The notes beneath the pieces were generated by a model. That model worked only from the letters and a program-made list of their open reading frames with translations. It was not told the origin of the DNA and made no database searches. From contig OZ244044.1 of assembly GCA_965215275.1 (NCBI GenBank), forward strand, positions 1,664,001 to 1,728,000: a DNA stretch of 64,000 bases, written 5' to 3'. Shown piece after piece: positions 9,958 through 19,086 of the stretch. Origin of the DNA: Thermodesulfobacteriota bacterium (lineage in GTDB: Bacteria; Desulfobacterota_D; UBA1144; Nemesobacterales; JAJCZQ01). How positions within the stretch are numbered: the first letter of the stretch is position 1; each line of letters begins with the position of its first letter. The position numbers and the translations under genes were made by a program.

Positions 9958-10305
9958 ATGCAATATAAAATAAAAGAACTTACTGAATTCAGTGATAACG
10001 CTCTCTATGTTCTTTGGGAAGATGGACATAAAAGTATATATCTGTATACGGACCTGAGGGATATATGTCCGTGCGCGGGTTGCGGCAAGCCAAGAAAGTC
10101 GGCCAGGGAAAGCGGCAGACCTCCGTTTAAAAAAAGAATTCAGGTTTCAGCCAAAGAAAGATCAGATATAAGACCCTTGAAAATAGAGAACATCGGCCAC
10201 TATGCTATAAGATTTTACTGGAGCGATGGACACAGCACCGGTATATACACCTTTGATCTGTTAAGAGATAACTGCTCCTGCGACTTATGTAACGTACAGG
10301 GATAG
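9958..10305 (+). CDS. DUF971 / gamma-butyrobetaine hydroxylase N-terminal-like protein
   Basis: W.DGH.S.Y...LR..CPCA.C and G.YAI...WSDGH.TGIY motifs. Confidence 0.85.
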   Translation: MQYKIKELTEFSDNALYVLWEDGHKSIYLYTDLRDICPCAGCGKPRKSARESGRPPFKKRIQVSAKERSDIRPLKIENIGHYAIRFYWSDGHSTGIYTFDLLRDNCSCDLCNVQG

Positions 10306-10311
10306 GGTCTG

Positions 10312-10334
10312 CAACTGACCTGATCGGTCAGTTG
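10312..10334. terminator. Hairpin between convergent genes
   Basis: CAACTGACC-tgatc-GGTCAGTTG, a 9-bp perfect stem. Confidence 0.5.
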
Positions 10335-10378
10335 ACCTTTCATCTCACTTACCGCATAGGCAGCACTTTAATTAAGCT

Positions 10379-11245
10379 CTAATTCGCCCGTGCACTTACT
10401 GCCAGCCAGTTCCTTATAACGAACAGTTTTCCATCCTTGTCTTTCTCGCCATGCAGTAATATGGAGGGAGCTACTGCGTTTTTCATGGCCGTGGAAGCAT
10501 CATCGGTCGGATAGCCGTGAAGGGCACCGGCGGCGTATTGCTGGAACTCACTTATATGTTCCCAGGCATCCTGGGTGAGACGTGCAGCAAACTCCTGGGC
10601 GTTGACCAGTTTGAACCCTGCTTTGCTCACCAGATCTTCATAGTATGACCTTGGATGGAATTTTGCTGCTTCTGCTTTCTTATTGTCCTTCCCCCGCTTA
10701 ATACCTTTTTCCCTTAACAACAGGACGGCGTTCTTTACCTGTGTTCTGTAAAAAGGGATAGTGTTTGCGGGTCTTGCTTCTTCGTAGAAGGCGGTATTGA
10801 AAAAAAGCCAGCCGTTTGGCGTCAGTGTTTCTTTTATCTTTATCAGACTTTCTATTTGTGCTTTCTCGTTCAGATAGTGTATACCGTTCCCCCAGACTGC
10901 GACGTCAACGCTCCCTTTCGGCAGGTTAATATCTTCAATTGGCGAATTGATGAACTTAAGCTTTTCTATGTGATTTTCGAGTTTGGACTGGGCTAATTTC
11001 AGAGCGTCTGAAGATTGGTCAAGGCACATTACGACCGACTCTCTCCACTTTGAAGGCAGGTGGTTAAAGAAAAGTTGCACCATTGTTCCCGCACCGGTCG
11101 CCACGTCCAGTATCTTGTCTATTTTCCCCATACCTTTATCTACCATAAGCTGTACCCAGCTAGCTATTATATCTCCGTTGACCTTTTTATAATCCTCGGT
11201 ATTAGCAAAAGGTTCATAATTATATGTTTCCTGCTTGTCTGACAT
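10379..11245 (-). CDS. Class I SAM-dependent methyltransferase
   Basis: ILDVATGAG motif I, followed by LDQS, SVD..VW.N.IHY and L.PNG. Confidence 0.85.
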   Translation of the reverse strand: MSDKQETYNYEPFANTEDYKKVNGDIIASWVQLMVDKGMGKIDKILDVATGAGTMVQLFFNHLPSKWRESVVMCLDQSSDALKLAQSKLENHIEKLKFINSPIEDINLPKGSVDVAVWGNGIHYLNEKAQIESLIKIKETLTPNGWLFFNTAFYEEARPANTIPFYRTQVKNAVLLLREKGIKRGKDNKKAEAAKFHPRSYYEDLVSKAGFKLVNAQEFAARLTQDAWEHISEFQQYAAGALHGYPTDDASTAMKNAVAPSILLHGEKDKDGKLFVIRNWLAVSARAN

Positions 11246-11496
11246 CTTGACCGTCTCCCTGAAACTTTATTTTAAAATCGAAATTAACTTTAGTAAAGTA
11301 TAGAACATTTAAGCAAACATTCAATTATCTAAACTATACTCTCTTTTTTTGATGTCTTTTAAGTGATTACTTTAATGAACTTTGGTTCAGAAAAACCAAT
11401 TCAGGTTCATATCTGGAAATTTCCGAGTATCATTACCTTGATGATATTTATGATCCGCGAAGGAACAACTATACTAATTTCAGGAAGGACTGGGAT

Positions 11497-12645
11497 ATGA
11501 TAAACAAAGAGCGTATGACCGAACATTTAATGGAACTTATAAGGATAGATAGTCCGTCCAGGCGTGAAAAGAGGGTTGCATTAAAACTTCAAAGGGAAAT
11601 GGAGGAGCTTGGAGGGAAGTGCATATACGATGAAGCGGGAGATGTAGTAGGGGGAGAAGTAGGCAATCTGTTGGTGAAGATAAAAGGTAATAAGAATGGA
11701 GTTCCAGCTTTTTTTCTCTCTTCTCACATGGACACGGTTGGTCCCGGAGAGGGTATAAGACCGGAAATAGAAGATGGAAGGATGAGAAGCGACGGCACGA
11801 CGATCTTAGGTGCTGATGATAAAAGCGGGGTTTCGATAATAGTGGAAATAATAAGAACGCTCAAGGAGCAAGATTTACCACATGGCGATATTGAGATTGC
11901 ATTTACGATATGTGAAGAGGTAGGACTTTTAGGAGCAAAGTACTTTGACGTATCAAGTCTGAATTCCCGTTATGGAATAGTTCTGGATAGCAGTACCCCG
12001 GACAGGCTTGTTCTTAAATGTCCGTCTTCTGATATTTTAACGATAAGAGTACACGGACTTGAAGCTCACGCGGGTCTTTGTCCAGAGAAAGGGATCAGTG
12101 CGATACAGTTAGCCTGTCGTGCAATATCCAATATTACAACTGGCAGGATAGATCATGAAACTACTTCAAATATTGGTATTATAGGAGGAGGGGTTGCTGC
12201 CAACATAGTTCCAAACTTCGCTGAGGTTGTCCTGGAAGTCAGGAGCCATGATAATGCAAAACTTGATGAACAGGTCAAGCATATATGTGACAGTTTTCAT
12301 CAGGAAGTAAAAAGCTGCTCGGTTATTGTAGATGGTCAGGAAAAGAGGCCAGTTGTAGATATTGACGTCGACCACGTTTATCGTAAGATGGACGTTCCTG
12401 CGACAGCCAGGGTCACTCAATTAGTGGACAAGGCCGTTTCAGACCTTGGGTATACAATAAAGCACCATACTACTGGAGGAGGTTGTGACGCGAACTATTT
12501 TAATAATAAAGGCGTGGAATGTGTAAACCTTGGAACGGGTATGTACGAACTGCATACGGTTAACGAGTATTTAGTACTGGATGAGTTTTACAGAAGTGCA
12601 GATATAGTTCTGGAGACGTTAAAACTGAACGCCGCTGATGGTTAA
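11497..12645 (+). CDS. M20 family metallopeptidase (peptidase T-like)
   Basis: SHMDTV, LGADDKSG, EEVGLLGA, AHAG..PE.G, GGCDAN and a C-terminal HT.NE. Confidence 0.9.
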   Translation: MINKERMTEHLMELIRIDSPSRREKRVALKLQREMEELGGKCIYDEAGDVVGGEVGNLLVKIKGNKNGVPAFFLSSHMDTVGPGEGIRPEIEDGRMRSDGTTILGADDKSGVSIIVEIIRTLKEQDLPHGDIEIAFTICEEVGLLGAKYFDVSSLNSRYGIVLDSSTPDRLVLKCPSSDILTIRVHGLEAHAGLCPEKGISAIQLACRAISNITTGRIDHETTSNIGIIGGGVAANIVPNFAEVVLEVRSHDNAKLDEQVKHICDSFHQEVKSCSVIVDGQEKRPVVDIDVDHVYRKMDVPATARVTQLVDKAVSDLGYTIKHHTTGGGCDANYFNNKGVECVNLGTGMYELHTVNEYLVLDEFYRSADIVLETLKLNAADG

Positions 12646-12923
12646 GAGAAAAAGGGGCGTTAATACTGATAGATCATGGCAGTAAAGTAAAAGAGGCTAA
12701 CGACCTGCTTGTAAAGGTCAGGGAAAAGCTGCAGAGCAGTCCGGACTGTAAATTCGATATTGTGGAACACTGCCACATGGAACTTGCCTCTCCCAGTTTG
12801 GAAGACGCGTTTTCCGTTTGCGTCAGTTCAGGTGCGGAGGAGATAGTGGTACATCCGTATTTTCTGGCACCGGGCAGGCATTCAAAGACTGATGTACTTG
12901 ACATTACAGCAAAGCAGAAGTAA
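12638..12923 (+). pseudogene. cbiX: Sirohydrochlorin chelatase CbiX/SirB remnant (frameshifted, 3'-truncated)
   Basis: The frame from 12657 reads ALILIDHGSKVKEAN...CHMELASPSL...VHPYFLAPGRHSKTDV. The ATG at 12638 is one base out of frame across AAAAAGGGG. Homology ends where the AT-rich island starts. Confidence 0.75.
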
Positions 12924-12984
12924 AATATAAATGTTATGAAAAATTTCATGAAAAGTTCAAACATAAAAACACGTAGTTCCATTA

Positions 12985-12995
12985 CCCCCCCCCCC
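12985..12995 (+). repeat. Poly-C tract (C11)
   Basis: Direct count, in an otherwise AT-rich region upstream of the S8-like gene. Confidence 0.9.
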
Positions 12996-13041
12996 GTGTA
13001 TACCTGACCTTTCAGTCTGGTATAAGTATTTTGTAAGAACA

Positions 13042-16000
13042 ATGTTTAAGATAATACCCCCCCCCATCTAAGTTAATCCTTTCTTTATTCTTATTTTTTC
13101 TGTTTATACTGGTAATAGCTGCAAAAGGGCAGAGCAGCTCAGAAGAAACATTATCTGAATGCAGAGGTATGAGTGCAGACACGGAAGATCCGTTATACGG
13201 ATGTCAGTGGCATCTGAAGAACACTGGGCAGTTAAGTTTTTCCGGAAAGGAAATAACGGCAGGAGAAGATATAAACATAGAGGGAGTGTGGAACGAAGAC
13301 GTATACGGTACCGGAATTAACATAGCAATAGTAAGTGACGGTATCGACCTTTCACATGAGGACCTTTCTGCTAACGTCCGTTCCGGACTGCACTATGATC
13401 ATTCATACGGTTCATCCTTTAGTGGAACACAAGCGGCAGGTGTTATTGCAGCAACTGGATATAACGGACTGGGAGTAAGAGGAACTGCACCTGGTGCGAG
13501 TATATACAGTTACAGGTTATCCGGTGATATCAGTGAAGCGGACGCGGTGGTCCGTAATAAGGAAATAACTGCAGTATCGGTTAACGGCCTGGGATCTGAG
13601 GACGGATATTATTTTCAGGAGGCTTCATCTTCCTGGGAAGAAGGAGTGGAACTTGGTATAAAGAAAGGGTTTTATGGTAAAGGGGTGTTTTACGTCTGGG
13701 GAGCAGGGGATGGGCATGAGAATAACGATCAGGCTAATTTTTCTGAATATTCTAATTACTACGGCGTAACTGCCGTGTGTTCAACAGACGGCTTTGGAAA
13801 GAAGAGTATATTTTCAGAAGAGGGAGTAAATCTATGGGTATGTGCACCTGGTTCTGATATTGTAACTACTGATAACAACAACGATTACATTGTAACTTCC
13901 GGAACATTTCTTTCAGCTTCACAGGTTGGAGGAGTGGCAGCACTGCTGAGAGAGATAAACGGACAGCTGAGCTGGAGGGATATAAAGCTTATACTTGCGG
14001 GTTCAGCACGGCAGAACGATTTTTTTGATATGAGCTGGGAGACTGGAGCTGTTAAATACGGTTCTGATACGGAAAGATATAATTATAATCCTAAGTATGG
14101 TTTTGGCGTGGTAGACGCAGAAGCAGCTGCAGAGCTTGCAAAAAGCTGGAAAGGCGTTGGTGAAATGAGGACCGTTACAGCTTCTTCAGATAATGAGATA
14201 ACAATTCCTGATGGAGAAGGAGATGGAGAAGGAGAAGCAGACGGGATCCTTGTTTCCAGACTTATGATACCGGACCTTGAAGAAATATTTACGGAATTCG
14301 TTGAAGTAGAACTTGTTTTTTCGTGTGACTGCTTACAGGACCTTGATATAAAAATAACCTCTCCTTCCGGGACAATATCGGAACTTGTAAGGGAGTCTGT
14401 AAGTGGATCTTCGGATGAAGAAAAAAACTGCGTCAGTTACCTGAGAAGAACACATCGTTTCGGGTCGGCTAAACACCTCGGAGAAGACCCTTCCGGAGAA
14501 TGGATTCTCAATATAGCCGATACTGCTTCCGGAGATGAAGAAAATGGAGAAAATACTTTTACCTTACACTCTTGGAGCATTAAGGTATACGGGAATTTTT
14601 ATCAGGGACCTGGCAGTGAGACAGGTCCCAAAGATCATAATGTAAGTTTTGGCAATGCAACGATAGCTGAACAATCGTATAAAGTAGGTGAAGCAATAAA
14701 ACCATTAGTGCTGCCTCTCCCAATAACAGGGGGTGGTTACAGTCTTTCATTGTCTCCTAAATTACCTGATGGATTGAGTCGTAGCTTCCGAACTATAAGT
14801 GGAACACCAACTACTGCAACACCTGAGACCCTTTATACATGGACCGCCAGAGATAGTAACAGTGGAGATACGGATGAGTTAACGTTCAATATTACGGTAG
14901 AATCTGACATACCAACCTTCGGCAGTGAGACGGTAGAGGATCAGACGTGGTTTAATGGCAGCGCAGTAACGTTAACTCTGCCTCAGGCTACCGGAGGTAA
15001 CGGAACTTTAAATTACAGTTTAACTCCTGCTGAACCAAGTGGACTTACCTTTACCGAAAGCACCAGAATGTTAAGTGGAACACCCAGCATTTCTGCACAT
15101 CTACTTCCTTTAACTGTTACTTATACTTACAAGGTAACTGATGATGACGGTGATTCTGACAGTATTACTTTCTCTATTACTATAACAACGGACCTGGCCT
15201 TTGACAGTGGGGATGGGTCTTTTACTGATTTTTATACACTAATAGCAAATGCATTATCATCAATACCCACTCTAACGAGTAATTCGTTGCCTGCTGCAAC
15301 GGGAGGTACTCCTCCATATATATACAGTGTTACTCCTGTATTACCAGACGGATTAGCAGCGTATAACTCTAATGACAGAGTTATACGCGGGACACCAACT
15401 ACTGCAACGCCCAGGACTACCTATACGTATACCGTTACTGACAATAACGGACATACGGCTGAATTGATGTTCGATATTGCTGTAAGAGCACTCTTCATAA
15501 GTGCTGCTGTGATAAATGATAAGGTGTATTTAACCGGTACAGAAGTAACAGAAGTGCTGCCTGCAGCAGATGGACATAATGGAACGTTAACGTACAGTTT
15601 AACTCCCAATTTACCTTCCGGACTGGATTTTACCCCTGCCACCCGAGAGATAAGTGGAACTCCAGATACTGCAACTTCCAGAAGCACTTATACTTATACG
15701 GTAACTGACACAGATGGATTTAAGAACTCAAAGACGTTCAGTATTACTGTAAGAGCAGAACCGAACACAATGCCGACCTTCGGCAGTGAAACTATAGATA
15801 ATAAAGTGTATATAAACGGAGAAGCAGTAAATGAAACACTGCCAGAAGCAACGGGAGGGAATGCTCCTTTAACTTACAGTTTAACTAGTCTTGGGTTAAT
15901 TGATCTTAATTTACCAACTGAATTGGGATTTAATCCTGATACCAGAGTGTTAAGTGGAACACCCAACCTTGATGCACGAATACTTCCTGTAACTCGTACA

Positions 16001-16501
16001 TATACATATACAGTAACGGACGCAGATAATGATACAGATGAACTGGAGTTCAGTATTACAGTGGAAGAAGACAGCGAACCGGACTTCAGCGTGACGACGA
16101 TAGAAGATCAGGTGTACATGGGGAGATCAATAAGTTTGCCGGTAGCAACGGGAGGGAATGCACCGTTAGTATACAGTATAACGCCTCCCTTACCTCCTGG
16201 GTTGAGATTGGACAGAGACACAGGGATAATAAGCGGGACGCCCGCGAGTGCGTCGTCTGAGAGGACCTACACGTACACGGTAACGGACAGGAATGGAGAC
16301 ATTAAAGAGTTGACCTTCAGGTTCAGTGCAGCGGCTCCGCCACCGACAGGTAGTGATTCAGGCGGAGGTGGTGGAGGATGTGCTGTCTCAGATCAGAGCA
16401 GCACTGCTTCTGATATTCTCGGAGTAATGGCATGTCTGATACTTATACCTGTATCAGTAGCTATCAGAAGGAAGAGAAGGTCTCAGGTAAAAAAGCAGTA
16501 A
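13042..16501 (+). CDS. Surface protein: S8/proprotein-convertase-like domain, P domain, six putative Ig (He_PIG-like) repeats and a C-terminal sorting signal; frameshifted at the C9 tract (ORF track 13169-16501)
   Basis: DPLY..QWHL, G.G..IAIV.DG, YGFG.VDA and the P-domain motif GEDPSGEW.L. Repeats follow LP.ATGG..L.YS..P.LP.GL...R.ISGTP...TYTYTVTD. The tail is GGGGGGC-TM-RRKRR. Confidence 0.85.
13057..13065 (+). repeat. Poly-C tract (C9) between the ATG and the signal-peptide coding sequence
   Basis: ATG(13042) TTT AAG ATA ATA C9 ATC TAA. A C8 or C11 tract would join it to the long ORF. Confidence 0.9.
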
Positions 16502-16542
16502 TGCAGTTCTTTCAAAGGCATTTATGAGAGAGCACTACAGCT

Positions 16543-17392
16543 TGGTTTTCTTTTATATCAGTTATCAGTTCTTTGAGGAGAACGGGTGTAGTATTACCGT
16601 GTATTGAACTATAGTATATAATTTCTTTAAATTGTGTTTAGCCTTGTTTATTAACTGTTATTTTCCCTGTGGCTACTAACTCGTTGAGCAATGCAGTCAA
16701 TTCTGCTTTTTGCTGAGCAAGTTTTTTGTCCATATAAGTTGTCTGAGCAGCAAGTTTTTTGTCCATATAAGTCGTCTGAGCAGCAAATTTATCAGTAAAA
16801 TATTTTTTAACTTCTTCGATCTTATCTGAATATTCTTTTAACATTTTCTTCTCTTTTATACTTAGCTGATTTTCCAAATATATTTTAATTGTAAAAAACA
16901 CAGCAGCAATTATCGAAGTTGCTGCAATTACTATTGGAGTTAAATTTTTAAAAGAAACATAGATAAGAGAATTGGGGTCTGGTTTTCTTTTAATCAGTTA
17001 TCAGTTCGTTGAAAAAATGGGTGTATTACCGTGTATTGAGCTATAGTATATAATTCCTTTAAATTGTGTTTAGCCTTGTTTATTAACTGTTATTTTCCCT
17101 GTGGCTACTAACTCATTGAGCAATGCAGTCAATTCTGCTTTTTGCTGAGCAAATTTTTTGTCCATATCAGTCATTTGAGCAGCAAGTTTTGTGTTCATAT
17201 CAGTCGTCTGAGCAGCAAATTTGTCAGTAAAATCTTTTTTAACTTCCTCAACCTTATCTGAATATTCTTTTAACATTTTCTTCTCCTTTATACTTAGCTG
17301 ATTTCCCAAATATATTTTAATCGTAAAAAACACAGCAGCAATTATTGAAGTTGCTGCAATTACTATTGGAGTTAAATTTTTAAAAGAAACAT
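16543..17392. repeat. Imperfect tandem duplication of ~415 bp (16543-16960 and 16980-17392)
   Basis: The two stretches align base by base from TGGTTTTCTTTTA to AAAGAAACAT. Confidence 0.9.
16638..16901 (-). pseudogene. 5'-truncated copy of the adjacent membrane/coiled-coil gene
   Basis: Near-identical to the C-terminal part of 17070-17504 but lacks the first TM segment and the original start. Confidence 0.6.
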
Positions 17393-17504
17393 GGTTATAA
17401 GCCCCTTTATGGAAAAATATACTACCATATATTAAAAAAATTATAAATAATATAATAAATGCAATTTCAAAAATGAGTTTGTAATTAGATAATCTATCGT
17501 TCAT
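17070..17504 (-). CDS. Hypothetical protein: two TM segments plus 11-aa coiled-coil repeats
   Basis: Hydrophobic N-terminus followed by DKKFAAQTTDM-type 11-residue repeats. Confidence 0.65.
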   Translation of the reverse strand: MNDRLSNYKLIFEIAFIILFIIFLIYGSIFFHKGAYNHVSFKNLTPIVIAATSIIAAVFFTIKIYLGNQLSIKEKKMLKEYSDKVEEVKKDFTDKFAAQTTDMNTKLAAQMTDMDKKFAQQKAELTALLNELVATGKITVNKQG

Positions 17505-17708
17505 CGTCTGCCTTTCTTAAATACAAAATCCATAATATATAGTAATAGAAAATGGATAAAAAAACAACAAAAAGAATACAGCCTATTAACGCTTCTATGA
17601 ATAAAGTAACAGACAAAACATCAGAGGTGTTTTTGAAAATGGTATCAATCCCGCATAAACGAACTGAAAACCTGCCAAATTAGTAATAAATCCTAATGGA
17701 AATCTTTT

Positions 17709-18350
17709 TTAAACACCTCTTTTTTCACCCCATATTATCTTATGTAGCTGCGGTAGCACCCTGATCGAATCCAAATTATCTGCAAGAATTTTTTCCGCCA
17801 GCCAGGTAGGGCTTTTGCCGTAGACGGGCTGGAATATTATTGAGGCTCTTATATCATAACGGCTTAATACATTTATAGCGTATGAATAGTCATTTTCATC
17901 GTTTATGACGAATTTAATTTGATCTTTTGGTTTCAGATCTTCAAATAAACTGAAGTCCATACGGTTGTCCATGCCGGAACTGGGACATTTACAGTCCATA
18001 CTGATCAGGCAGGAACTTTTTTCAAATATTTCTGGAGGCTTTTTATGACCGCTGGTCTCAAGTAAGATAAAGTATCCAGTGTCGAGCAGTTTCTCGGTAA
18101 GTGGTACCAGTTCCTTTTTTTGTATCAGAGGTTCTCCTCCGGTGATACATACCCTGCCACAGTTGTATTTGGCGATCTCTGCTATAATTTTATCGTTGGA
18201 TATCTCCGTAAAATCATTTCCTTCAACGGCGTACATGGTATCACACCAACTGCATCTCAGGTCGCAGGCAAAAAGCCTTAAAAACACAGTTGGCTGACCG
18301 ATTTGAACACCTTCACCTTGTATGGAATAGAAAATTTCACTAACCTTCAT
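17709..18350 (-). CDS. queE: 7-carboxy-7-deazaguanine synthase (radical SAM)
   Basis: EIFYSIQGEG, CDLRCSWCDT, ITGGEPL and PQLHK motifs. Confidence 0.93.
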   Translation of the reverse strand: MKVSEIFYSIQGEGVQIGQPTVFLRLFACDLRCSWCDTMYAVEGNDFTEISNDKIIAEIAKYNCGRVCITGGEPLIQKKELVPLTEKLLDTGYFILLETSGHKKPPEIFEKSSCLISMDCKCPSSGMDNRMDFSLFEDLKPKDQIKFVINDENDYSYAINVLSRYDIRASIIFQPVYGKSPTWLAEKILADNLDSIRVLPQLHKIIWGEKRGV

Positions 18351-18353
18351 AAT

Positions 18354-19028
18354 TTAGTTTTTGTACTGAGTGGGGTCTTTTATTCCGGATTCCAGAAATG
18401 CTCTTTTTCTCTCTTCGCAGGCACTGCACTTTCCGCAGTGGACCCTGTTCCCTTCGTAACACGTCCATGTCAACTCGAACGGGACCCCGAGTTCATTTCC
18501 CAGTTTTACGATCTCAGATTTATCCAGGTTGACAAAAGGAGCCTCCACTTTTAAGGCCGGATTATCGTTTGCCAGTCTTTCGGCGGTTTCAAAAGCCTCA
18601 ACGAACTCCTTTCTGCAGTCAGGGTAAACCCCTCTGTCTGAATGATGAGCTCCGAAGCAGACGCTGTTAGCTCCGATGCTCTGGGCATACCCTACTGCCA
18701 CTGATAAAAAGATCGCATTTCTGTTGGGAACGACAGTTACTTTGAGAGAATCAAAATACTCGGCCTTTTCAGGCACTTTAGGAACGTTCACGTCCGTATC
18801 TGTCAATGCTGACCCGGACAGGATATGCTTTAAAGAGGAAAGATCAACCACTTTATGATCGATCCCAAGGGCTTCTGCTATGTTCTTTGCGGAATTGACT
18901 TCTTTTATATGTCTTTGCCCGTAAATTATCGTCAGGGAATAAACGTCAAAAAACTCTCTTTTGTACTTATAGCAAAGGGTTGAACTGTCTATTCCGCCTG
19001 AAAGTACAATTACGGTCCTTTTGTTCAC
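18354..19028 (-). CDS. queC: 7-cyano-7-deazaguanine synthase
   Basis: SGGIDS, YGQRH, VVPNRN, YPDCR and TWTCY...HCGKCSAC motifs. Confidence 0.95.
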   Translation of the reverse strand: MNKRTVIVLSGGIDSSTLCYKYKREFFDVYSLTIIYGQRHIKEVNSAKNIAEALGIDHKVVDLSSLKHILSGSALTDTDVNVPKVPEKAEYFDSLKVTVVPNRNAIFLSVAVGYAQSIGANSVCFGAHHSDRGVYPDCRKEFVEAFETAERLANDNPALKVEAPFVNLDKSEIVKLGNELGVPFELTWTCYEGNRVHCGKCSACEERKRAFLESGIKDPTQYKN

Positions 19029-19086
19029 GACTATATGCTAATTGCTGTCTCAGGAGATTACAAATCCACGTTACAGGACGGGAAAA

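Noticed and set aside
12674..13042. 122-aa minus-strand ORF
   Set aside because: It is the antisense shadow of the cbiX remnant and poly-C region.
17552..17683. 43-aa plus-strand ORF (MDKKTTKRIQPINASM...)
   Set aside because: Too short with no recognisable motif, and it is not the missing cbiX 3' end.
17709..19028. queCE as part of a 7-deazaguanine DNA modification or QatABCD defence system
   Set aside because: Both proteins look canonical, and there is no dpdA, TatD or ATPase neighbour.
19029..19086. preQ1 riboswitch upstream of queC
   Set aside because: No recognisable preQ1 stem-loop or A-rich tail on the minus strand.
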